A DNA stretch of 64,000 bases from Octopus sinensis (Eukaryota). Positions 1 to 11,620 of the stretch are shown here, one piece after another. Within the stretch, counting starts at the first letter, position 1; every line of letters begins with the position of its first letter. The stretch covers positions 6,696,001 through 6,760,000 of the forward strand of contig NC_043010.1 in the NCBI RefSeq assembly GCF_006345805.1, read 5' to 3'. Below the pieces are notes generated by a model. It was not told where the DNA came from. It was given only the letters and a program-made list of their open reading frames with translations, and did not search any database. The position numbers and the translations under genes were made by a program.

Positions 1-182
1 CATTACTACAGATGTAGATTTTATTCAAGACATTTGTTGGCTCACTATCTTATTTTCTGGCATAAGAAATGCATGGGTATTTTAGACACACCTCAGTTTC
101 AGCAGCACATATTCAAGAAAAATGTTTTAGTGCATTAAAGCATATATATATAGACCCAATGTAGGACCCAGAGTAATAGTGA

Positions 183-395
183 TTTCAAATTTTGGCACAA
201 GGCCAGCAGTTTAGGTTGAGAGGGTAAGTCAATTACATTAATCGTAGTACTTGACTGGTACTTATTTTATCGACCTGGAAAGGATGAAAGGTAAAGCTGA
301 CCTCAGTGGAATTTAAACTCAAAACGTAAAGAAAGATGAAATGCCACTAAGCATGTCACTCAACATGCTAACAATTCTGCCAGCTTGCCGCCTTA
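183..395 (-). mobile_element. tRNA-derived SINE, family 2 (gagctggcagaa...gagttcaaattcc...tcatcctttc); further copies 13255-13400, 21420-21595, 22312-22455, 23850-24052, 46025-46230(+), 50430-50640, 62900-63050, fragments 34300-34950
   Basis: Recurrent ~200-bp sequence with a B-box-like GAGTTYAAATTCC; about 10 alignable copies in the window. Confidence 0.75.
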
Positions 396-1912
396 GGACC
401 CAGAGTATACTGAGACATCTCTCTTAAGGAAAATTGCATCTTATATCCCCTCAGATTCAGTATGTCAAGTATATTAGCACCCATTTTACTATTTCAATTA
501 ATATATTTGTTCTTTCTTGATGAATAAGTTACATGGTTATATGCGTACACAAAGTGCAAAAATTCTGAAGGAATTTTTTGTGTTGCCCTCAGCAATATCT
601 CTACCAGCCAAGGTCTATTTTCTGTGAGCTTCTCTAAAAGCAAATGGAAATGAACATAAAATGGTAGAATATTTCCAATTGATGCCATTTTCCTAATACC
701 TTCACTAATGTAGAATCCATTACCATTTCACAAATCTTAATCTTCGAGGATTCCAAACAGAGTTCCAGTGAAATAGATTGACTGGTTGTTAATCTCAGTC
801 TTAAACATAAATCGCTACTCTTTAGTTGGATGGCTGTGACCAATAAAATCTAAGTGTTTGCTTAAATGAATACCAAAATGCTATTTGTGACCAGGCGAGC
901 TTTTGTTTGTGAGTGAAAGTAATTGTAAAACAATTTCTAGAAATTGAAATGCATTTATTCATAACATAGAAATGAAAAAAAACATTTTAAAATGGTATTC
1001 TATTTGCTTTAATTAATTACTGTTATCAGCCAGCACCATTTTCATCTAATTCAACCATCTGCACATTCATCACTCATTCACACTCTCTCACTTCCTTCCT
1101 GCTCTTAAATTTCTTCATATTTTTTCCAGTCCATCTCCCAATGCTCTGCTCTGCCTCATTTATATGCTGATGTTATGGAAAAAGAAAAAGAAACAGAAAG
1201 TGAAAAGAGAAGAGAAGAGACACAGAGAGATAGACTGACAGACAGACAGAACAGTTGGAGAAAGAGAGAGAGGCTGAAAAGAGAGAGAGAGGGTGAAGCT
1301 GAGAACAGAGATAGGGAAAAAGTGAATTTAAAACTATACAAGCCTTTCATTTCATGAGATGTGTTTCAAGATTTCAAAAAAAAAAAAAGAACTAAAAACT
1401 AAAAAAATGTCAGTTTGCATTAATTGAGAACAATTGGTGATTTTTTTATTCCGCTCATAACTTTACAATCAATCAGAAATAGCTAATGTTTGCATTTTAA
1501 ATTGACATATGTCTCCATTTAAAATCTGCAGTATCTTCGACACATTTTGTAAAAATTATTTTGTTTATAATCTTCATCTTAACATCTAGGTTCTAACTTT
1601 TAGGAATTTCAAAACATATGTACGCATATGTGTGTGTGTGTGTGTGTGTGTGCGTGTGCGTGTATGTGCGTGTGTGTGAATGTATATGTATATACACATA
1701 CACACACACATGTGCATGCGCGTGCATAATCTATATGTGTGTGTGTGTGTATATATAAATATATATATATATATATGTATGTACGTATATATATATATAT
1801 ATATATACACATATGTATATATATAATATATGATACATATACATATAATATATATGAATATACATATGTATATTAGATTACATATGTATATTAGATATAC
1901 ATATGTATATTA

Positions 1913-4665
1913 GATTAGTGCTCCACCATAGTTTAGCAACTATTATATCGGCCTATGCCCCTCAGCCAGGGCTACCTGATGGACAGAAAGACTGTTTCTA
2001 TGACACCCTACTGCAGACCACATCATTGACGAACGACAGAGACCTTCTCTTTGTGGCTGGTGACTTCAATGGGCATGTTGGACGACGTGCTGGGGGCTTC
2101 CATGGCGTGCATGGAGGCTACGGTTATGGTTCCCGCAACGAGGAGGGAACCAGGCTGCTGGAGTTCTGCGATGCGAATAGTCTTATGATTTGCAACACTA
2201 ACTTCAGGAAACCGACAAGCCACCTGGTCACCTACCGATCGGGCCGGCATACTAGCCAAATCGACTACATCCTTGCCAGAAAAAGGGAAAGATGGCTGCT
2301 TATAAATGCCAAAACCTTCCCAGTGAAGAATGCACCCCACAACATAGACTGGTAGTTAGTGACTTTAGGATCAGGACTAAGAGGGCGACTAGAAGACGAC
2401 CAACATGGAGAAGAAGGGTCTGGAAGCTTAAAGACCCTGCGAATGGACAGAGATTTAGAGATATGTTATTTGAAGCTTTAGACGAAATGGAAGGGAGTAT
2501 AGCTACGCATGGGGTAGAAGACAACTGGACGCTTCTGAGGGACAACCTGCTGAAAGCCGCTGACCAGATCTGTGGCTGGTGCAAAGTCCCCTTAAGACCC
2601 AAAATAACGTGGTGGTGGAACAATATTGTTGACAGGGCTATTAGACAAAAGAAACAGGCTTGGAAGGCCTGGAAGAACGGTGGTAGCAGGGAAGTGTATC
2701 AGTCTGCCAGAAGGGAAGCCAGGAGACAGGTCTATCTAGCCAGAGGGGAAGCAGAGAAGGAAAATTTGCCAATGTCCTGCGTCGTGAGGATGAAAGACTT
2801 GAGGTATTTCGTGTTGCAAGACAGTGTGTGAGAGAGAATCGTGACGTGGTAGGAGAGAAATGTGTTCGCAAGGAGGACGGTTCACTTGCACTTAATGAGG
2901 GTGCAAAGAGAGAGACTTGGAGACGCCACTATGATAGGTTGCTGAATGAGAAAATGAATGGGATAAAGAGAGTCTGCCGAATGTCGACCCAACAGAGGGA
3001 CCAGCAATCCGAGTTAACAGTTCCTTAGTAGATAAGGCAATTAGAAGCATGAAAACAGGGAAAGCCCCAGGCCCATCAGGAATTACTGCAGAGATGCTCA
3101 AAATATCTGGTGGTGTCGGCTATAGCTTAGTCACCCGTATAGTTAACCAGGTGATACACGAGGGGGTCATACCCAATGACTGGTGTAGCAGCATAATAGT
3201 CAACTGCTACAAAGGTAAAGGCGACGCCCTAGAGACAAATAACTACAGGGGCATCAAGCTGCTGGATCAGGTAATGAAGGTTACGGAGAGGGTTGTAGCC
3301 CAACTAATTAGAGAGAGAGTTACCTTAGATGATATGCAGTTTGGGTTCGTGCCAGGGAAAAGTACTACTGATGCTATATTCCTGGTAAGACAGCTGCAGG
3401 AGAAATACCTAGCCAAAGATAAGCCCTTGTACCTGGCTTTTGTTGACTTGGAGAAAGCCTTTGACAGGGTCCCCCGGTCCCTTATCTGGTGGTCAATGAG
3501 GAAACTAGGGATAGAAGAATGGTTGGTGAGAGCTGTGCAAGCCATGTACAGAGACGCTGCTAGTAAGGTGAGGGTGGGCAACGAGTACAGTGAAGAATTC
3601 CGGGTAGAGGTTGGGGTCCACCAAGGTTCAGTCCTCAGTCCCCTCCTATTTATCATAGTCCTCCAGGCAATAACGGAGGAATTCAAGACAGGTTGCCCCT
3701 GGGAGCTCCTCTATGCTGATGACCTTGCTCTAATTGCTGAGTCACTATCAGAACTGGAGGAGAAGTTCCAGGTGTGGAAACAAGGATTAGAATCGAAGGG
3801 CCTTAGAATCAACCTAGCCAAAACCAAAGTTCTAATAAGTAGGAAGGTAGATCAATCACAAACGCCTTCAGGTAGATGGCCCTGCTCGATCTGTAAAAAA
3901 GGTGTAGGTAGAAACTCTATAAGATGCACCAAGTGTAAGCTATGGACACATAAGAGGTGCAGCAATGTCAAAGGAAGGCTAACTAGGAAAATAGTTTTTG
4001 TCTGTGGCAAATGCTCAGGAGCAATAAACACTGGAAATATGCAGAGACCAACTTCTGCCACGTTCCAGGGAGACAAACTAGAAGTAGTTGATAGCTTCCG
4101 CTACCTAGGAGACCAAGTCAGTAGCGGGGGTGGGTGTGCTGAAAGTGTAACTGCTAGAGTAAGAATAGCCTGGGCAAAGTTTAGAGAGCTCTTACCCCTG
4201 CTGGTGACAAAAGGCCTCTCGCTCAGAGTAAAAGGCAGACTGTATGATGCATGTGTACGTACAGCCATGCTACATGGTAGTGAAACATGGGCCGTGACTG
4301 CTGAGGATATGCGTAAGCTCGCAAGAAATGAAGCCAGTATGCTCCGATGGATGTGTAATGTCAGTGTTCATAATCGTCAGAGTGTAAGTTCCTTGAGAGA
4401 AAAGCTGAACCTAAGAAGCGTCAGTTGTGGCGTGCAAGAGAGACGGCTGCGCTGGTATGGTCATGTGACAAGAAAGGCTGAAGATAGTTGTGTGCAAAAG
4501 TGCTACACCCTAGCAGTGGAGGGAACCTGTGGAAGAGGTAGACCCAGGAAAACCTGGGACGAGGTGGTGAAGCACGACCTTCGAACTTTAGGTCTCACTA
4601 AGGAAATGTCTAGAGACCGAGACCTATGGAAGTATGCTGTGCATGAGAAGACCCGGCAAGACTAG
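1913..4665 (+). mobile_element. RTE-clade LINE, 5'-truncated APE endonuclease + reverse transcriptase ORF, broken by three 1-nt frameshifts
   Basis: EN motifs SAYAPQ, GDFNGHVG, SQIDYIL; RT motifs KAPGPSGI, YRGIKLL, AFVDLEKAFDRV, GVHQGSVLSPLLF, YADD, FRYLG; RTE C-terminus LYGSETW/RLRWYGHV/GRGRPRKTW. Frames 1903, 2292, 2828 and 3049 join end to end. Confidence 0.95.
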
Positions 4666-6364
4666 TCAGGCCATAACCCGTGGCCCCGACCTGGGACGTA
4701 GTCAGTCCTGTGCATACCTTCCTTCTTGTGACACTTATGAAGACCTGTTGAGGCAAGTGAAAATCAAATCAAATCAAAACAAATCAAAATAGATGAACAT
4801 CAGTGGAATTGTATTCTTTGTGGTACCAGTGCCGGTGGCACACAAGAAAACCACCCAAACGTGGCCGTAACCAGTACCGCATCGACTGGCCTCCGTGCTG
4901 TGGGCACAACAAACACCATCCGATCGTGGCCGTTCGCCAGCCTCATCTGGCACCTGTGCCGGTGGCACATAAAGACACCATCCGAAGACCCGGCGACGTA
5001 GTCAGTCCACCTGTGCATACCTTCCCTCTTATGACACTTGTGAAGACCTGTTGAGGCAAGTGTGTGACACTTGTGAAGACCTGTTGAGGCAAGTGAAAAT
5101 CAAACCAAATCAAAATAGATGAATATCAATGGAATTTGTATCTTTGTGGTTCCAGTACCGGTGGCACACAAGAAAACCATCCGAAGTGGCCGTAGCTGGT
5201 ACCGCATCGACTGGCCTCCGTGCTGTGGGCACAACAAACACCATCTGATCGTGGCCGTTCGCCAGCCTCACCTGGCACCTGTGTCGGTGGCACATAAAAA
5301 CACCATCCAAAGACCCGGCGACGTAGTCAGTCCACCTGTGCATACCTTCCCCCTTATGACACTTGTGAAGACCTGTTGAGGCAGAGGCAAGTGTGTGACA
5401 CTTTGTGAAGACCTGTTGAGGCAGAGGCAAGTGTGTGACACTTGTGGAGACCTGTTGAGGCAAGTGTGTGACACGCGTGACACTTGTGAAGACCTGTTGA
5501 GGCAAGTGAAAATCAAACCAAATCAAAATAGATGAACATCAATGGAATTTGTATCTTTGTGGTTCCAGTACCGGTGGCACACAAGAAAACCATCCGATCG
5601 TGGCCGTTCGCCAGCCACATCTGGCACCTGTGTCGGTGGCACATAAAGACACCATCCGAAGACCCGGCGACGCAGACAGTCCACCTGTGCATACCTTCCT
5701 TCTTGTGACACTTGTGAAGACCTGTTGAGGCAAGTGACACTTGTGAAGACCTGTTGAGGCAAGTGAAAATCAAATCAAATCAAAACAAATCAAAATAGAT
5801 GAACATAAATGGAATTTGTATCTTTGTGGTACCAGTGCCGGTGGCACACAAGAAAATCATCCGAACGTGGCCGTAGCCAGTACCGCATAGACTGGCCTCC
5901 GTGCTTTGGGGACGTAACAAACACCATCCGATCGTGGCCGTCCGCCAGCCTCATCTGGCACCTGTGTCGGTGGCACATAAAAACACCATCCGAGCGTGGC
6001 CGTCTGCCAGCCTCGTCTGGCACCTGCCAGCCTCATCTGGCACCTGTGTCGGTGGCACATAAAAACACCATCCGAGCGTGGCCGTCTGCCAGCCTCGTCT
6101 GGCACCTGTGTCGGTGGCACATAAAAACACCATCCGAGCGTGGCCGTTCGCCAGCCTCGTCTGGCACCTGTGTCGGTGGCACATAAAATCACCCACTACA
6201 CTCTCGGAGTGGTTGGCGTTAGGAAGGGCATCCAGCTGTAGAAACACTGCCAGATCTGACTGGCCTGGTGCAGCCTTCGGGCTCCCCAGACCCCAGTTGA
6301 ACCGTCCAACCCATGCTAGCATGGAGAACGGACGCTAAATGATGATGATGATGATGATGATGAT

Positions 6365-6365
<1 letters not shown>
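4666..6365 (+). repeat. 3' UTR of the RTE LINE: four nested 300-350 bp tandem units, ~62-bp subrepeats, conserved terminal segment and (ATG)n tail
   Basis: Marker gacgtagtcagtcc recurs at 4695, 4995, 5320 and 5669 (variant); the region ends cccactacactctcggagtggttgg...gctaaatgatgatgat. Confidence 0.85.
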
Positions 6366-6408
<43 letters not shown>

Positions 6409-7377
6409 ACATGCAAACAGTACTATAAAAATTTTTACATAATTAATTTTATTTGCTTCTTTGCTGTAATTTTTTGAACCAGATTCACTGAAGACTAAAC
6501 GACAAACTCTCGTTAGAAGCAAGCATTAGACAATTATTCATTATCTACAGGAAGCAATCATCAAGCTATAAAAAATTCTATTAGTGTAGTCCAAAGAGAA
6601 GTGTTTTAGATAACAATCAATGCCTCTTGTTAGTTATTTTCAAGCACATTCAAAGGTGTGAAAAACCTTTTACAACCTAATTGAAGTTTAATTATGATGA
6701 GAAAATATTTCTTCGAATTGAAGTACAAGAATACTACACAGCAATAATATCATTTACTTCATAATTATTTTTTTTTATCATCATTATGATCATTGTAATT
6801 TGTTCTTATTGCTTTACATAAACACTAAAGCTGCCTAAATATGTGTAATTTTTCTTTTAACTGGATTGGTATATGATGTTAAAGCCATGGCTGTGTGGTT
6901 AAGTAGTTTGCATTGTAACACTGAAATGTTTGTTTCAATATTCTAACACTGCCCTGAATCAACTAATGTTTTGTGAGTGAAATTTGGTAAATAGAAAATA
7001 TACAGAAGCCCATGAAAGAGATTACTTCAGTTCTTCAGTATCAGATTTAATCCATTGCTCTTTTTAACACCACTTCATAGCTTTTGAGGTGAGTGACTTT
7101 ATTAGATTCTGGTGCAAACACTTGGGTTAGGGTTCCAGTCAGGAATAATCTTCTACTGCTTATTTGCATTAGACACAGAGGACTTAGAAAAACCCTAAGT
7201 ACTGTGTCATTAAGAAGTTTGCTTCACAACTAAATAGTTTCAGGTTTGATGCTATCCTGTGTGGTACCCTGAGCAATAGAAACTCTTGATACCTTTAGTC
7301 TTGATGCAGCAGAACATCCAGGATGAGAGAGGGGAGAAGAAAAAGGGAAAAACGAGAAGGGGAGAAAGAGAGAGATG

Positions 7378-7429
<52 letters not shown>

Positions 7430-8186
7430 TGTTGCTAGACTGGCACCAAAACTGGTGCTCGTTACAGTTGAGTAGCCTGAAGCAGCATGAAATGAAATGC
7501 TTTGTTCATGGACATAACATACTACCTGATTGATGAATTGAACTCAGAACCTTGTGATCATAAGCTATATACACCAACCACCATGGCTGTGCATTTCATT
7601 TGAAATATTGTTATGAAATGTTTAATGCCAAAAACTAAGTTCATGCGTTGTGTCTTTCAGTTGCCAGGTTCAAATTAAAGTTCAGTTGTGCTGCATTTGG
7701 TTCCAACCATTTATGAACCTAGTGATAAATTTCCATCTCTCTTTCTCTTACCTTCTGTGTGTGCATACACGTGCATGCGTGTGTATGTGGCATGTGTGTA
7801 TGTTTATATGTATATGTATGAATATTTATATGTGTGTGTGTAAGAGTATGTGTGTATGTATATATATATATATATGTATGTGTGTATGTATGCACACACT
7901 CACACACATGCACGCCTCCACACAGCTATCCTCCTTCATTATTTTATTAGCATTGATAATCTATTTATGACCTACATTCTCCAATATTCATGTTTCCCAT
8001 GGTTTGTAGTATTTGATATCCTTCTAGAAATAAATTGACAGATGATGAGGATTGTGATAATGATGATGATGATGATGATGACACCACTACTGCTGCTGCC
8101 ACTACCAACAATGATGACAATGATGATGATGTTAAACACAAGCCTGTATTTTAGGTTTCCGTAAAGGCTTAAAACAAAATAGCGAA

Positions 8187-8620
8187 GTGGTAAGTAGCTT
8201 GCTTACCAACCAAATGGTTTCGGGTTCAATCCCACTGCATGGCAACTTGGGCAAGTGTCTTCTACTATAGCCTCGAGCTAACCAAAGCCTTGAGAGTGGA
8301 TTTCGTAGACGGAAACTGAAAGAAGCCCATAGTATATATATATATATATATGTGTATATGTGTGTGTGTGTTTGTGTGTGTGTGTGTATGTGTGTGTGTG
8401 CGTTTATGTTTGTGTGTCTGTGTTTGTCCCCCCTAACATCACTTGACAACCGATGCTGGTGTGTTTACGTCCCCTGTAACATAGCGGTTCAGCAAAAGAG
8501 ACTGATAGAATAAGTACCAGGCTTACAAAGAATAAGTCCTGGGGTCGATTTGCTCAACTAAAGCTGGTGCTCCAACATGGCCAAAATCAAATGACTGAAA
8601 CAAATAAAATAGTAACAGAG
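8187..8620 (+). mobile_element. tRNA/CORE-type SINE family 1 with internal (TA)n(TG)n microsatellite
   Basis: Head gtggtaagtagcttgcttaccaacc, B-box GGTTCAATCCC, CORE-like ttgggcaagtgtctt, conserved 3' half ending gactgaaacaa. Confidence 0.85.
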
Positions 8621-9844
8621 TAAAAATGTTACATATCTGGAACTTTTCTGATTATATTTTTATATTATTTTTTCGTATTTGAGCAAAATATGATGAAGAT
8701 TTAAGAGATTCATCTTTTTTGTTTTTGTTTTTGTTTTTGTTTTAAATTTATATTTCTGGAACATTAAAATAACAATGAATCTAACAGTTTAAGTATCATT
8801 AAAGAAGAAATTATTACCGATTACTTCCTTTTCAAGTCAGTCATTTGTGTTTATGTTCAATAAATTTAACACCAATTGATAGCAAAATATTAGTTCATAA
8901 CCTAGTGTGGGTACTCAAGAATTCAACAACAAATATCATTTTATTTCCCATTTTCTACTCAAAATAAGCCACAAAATATAAACCAGTTGAAGGAAATAAC
9001 CCCAGTTTGGACTAAACAACTACAAAATTGAATAAAATAACCACAACATCAATAGCAAGAATAAATCTGAAATCTGTTTCAGGCTTCAGACCATGTGTAG
9101 GAACTCACAAGTAATGAAAACAAACATACTAATATACATGTGCCTTACTATTTTAGGTAAAGCCTATTCCATCTTCTTAAAAATAGAGGAGAAAATGGAA
9201 TTCAAGAGCATATAAGACAGAATAGATTTGACATAACTTGGTTAATCAAAGCATTTCACATAAACATTACAAGACTGACTAAAGTTTGATGTCTCAAAGG
9301 TGTAAAACTTTTTGGTTCCAGTTACTATAGCCTCAAGTCAATTAAAGCCATATAGGTGAAACTTGGTAAACTGGAACTGTATGGAAGCCTATTAGAGGTA
9401 ATGTCCCTATACTTGGGATATAGGCTTAATCCATTACATTTTTTAATACCCTTTTGGGGGGCGCCAAGGTGAGCTTACCAGAATCCATTCAGTTGCAAGC
9501 TTTCATATCTGGTCTCTACTCTGAGGATCTTCTCATATTTTAAACAGTCTTAGAGGCTCTGCAATCATCTTAGGCACTACTGCTTTTCATCTTCTGAATA
9601 AGGCATTAAAAAAATATATGGGAAGACTTCCAGCCTGGTTCAAATATCTCAAATCAGTAACCTCTGTCAAAAATGTATGACTCATGGACTGACTCAAATA
9701 TCACAGATCAATTACAACTGTAAGCCTTCATAAGCTGAGTTAATTAGTGATAAATAACATCATTCAGTTACGAAGATGGATATTTCTAGCTTGTCTTATA
9801 GATAATAGCATAATTCTGTTATGCATATATATATATATATTATA

Positions 9845-10062
9845 TATATATATATAGCTAATCCAAACACGAAAACACAAAAAGAAAACACAGCAACGCG
9901 AGGACGTGGAACAAGTATAGTGTTATTGGACACTCAGGAAAGGAAAGAAAGGAGGATTTAACGTTTCAAGCAGAGATCTTTGTCAGAAACATAGAAAAAG
10001 GAAAGGTCCTAGGAAGGGAAGTCGGAGAAAGAAAATCACCAATGATACACACATGGTCACAT

Positions 10063-10066
<4 letters not shown>
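9845..10066 (-). mobile_element. Penelope-like terminal-repeat fragment between (TA)n runs, with a degenerate hammerhead at 9955-9990
   Basis: Minus strand gttt-CTGACAA-agatctctgctt-GAA-ACGT-T-aaat matches a minimal type I hammerhead layout with substitutions. Confidence 0.5.
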
Positions 10067-10099
<33 letters not shown>

Positions 10100-10285
10100 G
10101 GTTAAGTAATTGAGATTCTAGTGAATTCTAAAGAATTCACATGAATATGGTCCTTAACTAGGATGCACCGGATATCTATATGGTGTTAGCCATACGACAA
10201 GTGGGGTGATTATAAATAGGAAAAAAGCAACAAGAATGGATTAAAATCGAGTACCGAGATTTTAATCCATTCTTGTTGCTTTTTT

Positions 10286-10321
<36 letters not shown>

Positions 10322-10324
<3 letters not shown>

Positions 10325-11573
10325 CTATTGTGATATTTAGAATAATTTTCATCTTAGAGTAAACAATGTAACCTCATTCAGTATTCTCTTTGGAAAACAG
10401 TGGGTTGGTAGAATTTATAGAGGAGTAATGAGATGCCTTGTGGTATCTGTTCAAGTTCTTTGAGTTCTGGTGGCAGTATCTCTGATGACATTATTTTCAT
10501 TGTGATTCCAACAGGAATTAAGGATCAGTGTATTTGTTTGACCTGTAATTATTTCATTCTGTCATTGATAACTTTTTCCTTAGATCATTTCCAAAACAAT
10601 TACTTTAAACTACAGCTCTAAGATGATCCATGATCTTAACCCTTTTTTTTATTAATCCACCTAATGCAACCTCTACTCCTTTGACACAAAAATTGCCTAT
10701 TTTAAAGTGTTTAAATTTCAACCTTCCATTATAATTTCGGGTTTAGAACCTTTCATAAGGTTATGCTTCAAATGCTGGCTTAACAATGGCAAATTTAGTT
10801 ATTTGATTAAATCTTTTCAAATTCTAAATTATTTTCCAAATCAAATGGAACAGAATATTTGAATAGCAAAAAATATTCACAAAAGAATTAAATTATTGGA
10901 AATAAAATTCTGTCTGAAGACCTAATCAAGGATTGAATACAGACCAGATGCATTTTATAAGAAACACTGACAAAAACACAAATGACATTGGTTAACAAGA
11001 TTCAAAAGTCAATAACAAGTGGGAAGTATTTTAACAAGAAAGAAAAACTAAATCATTAAAAACAATAGTATAAAAAAACTCCTGAGGGACAGTTTTAAAA
11101 CACCTAACAAGGTATGAATATCTTACAGGCTCGTCCTTCAAGTTAAAATTTGGAGTTCTACTCAGCACAAACTTTACAATAAATTTGACTCTACTCTCAG
11201 TACTGATCCCCTTCCTCTTCAACAAATGTTCCATTGGTATTCTTAAATTTGCTTTAAAATAATCCCATGGATCATCTTAGAGCTGTAGTTTAAAGTAATT
11301 GTTGTTTTGGAAATGATCTAAGGAAAAAGTTGTCAATGACAAAATGAAATAATTACAGGTCAAACAAATACACTGATCCTTGATTCCTGATGGAATCACA
11401 ATGAAAATAATGTCATCAGAGACACTGCCACCAGAACTCAAAGAACTTGAACAGATACAAGGCATCTCATTACTCCTCTATAAATTCTACCAACCCACTG
11501 TTTTCCAAAGAGAATATTGAATGAGGTAACGATGTTTACTCTAAAATGAAAATTATTCTAAATATCACAATAG

Positions 11574-11576
<3 letters not shown>
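10322..11576. repeat. Long inverted repeat: 311-bp arms (10322-10632, 11266-11576) around a 633-bp spacer, flanked by (TA)n
   Basis: Arms are reverse complements with about 10 substitutions and two 3-nt indels. Confidence 0.95.
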
Positions 11577-11611
<35 letters not shown>

Positions 11612-11620
11612 ACTGGTATT

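Noticed and set aside
4774-6416. Repeated short ORFs (MHRWTDYVAG..., CATDTGAR...) and a CRISPR-like look
   Set aside because: By-products of the LINE 3' UTR tandem array; no unique spacers, eukaryotic context.
9479-9593. Minus-strand 115-nt exon-like unit with good acceptor and donor, phase 0 to 1 like Pcdh exon 2
   Set aside because: Stops in all three frames and no motif similarity; at best non-coding.
10370-10545. Inverted-repeat arm as a Pcdh tail exon (NSCWNH resembling ECWNLP)
   Set aside because: Similarity limited to 3-4 residues; the other arm has an early stop in that frame.
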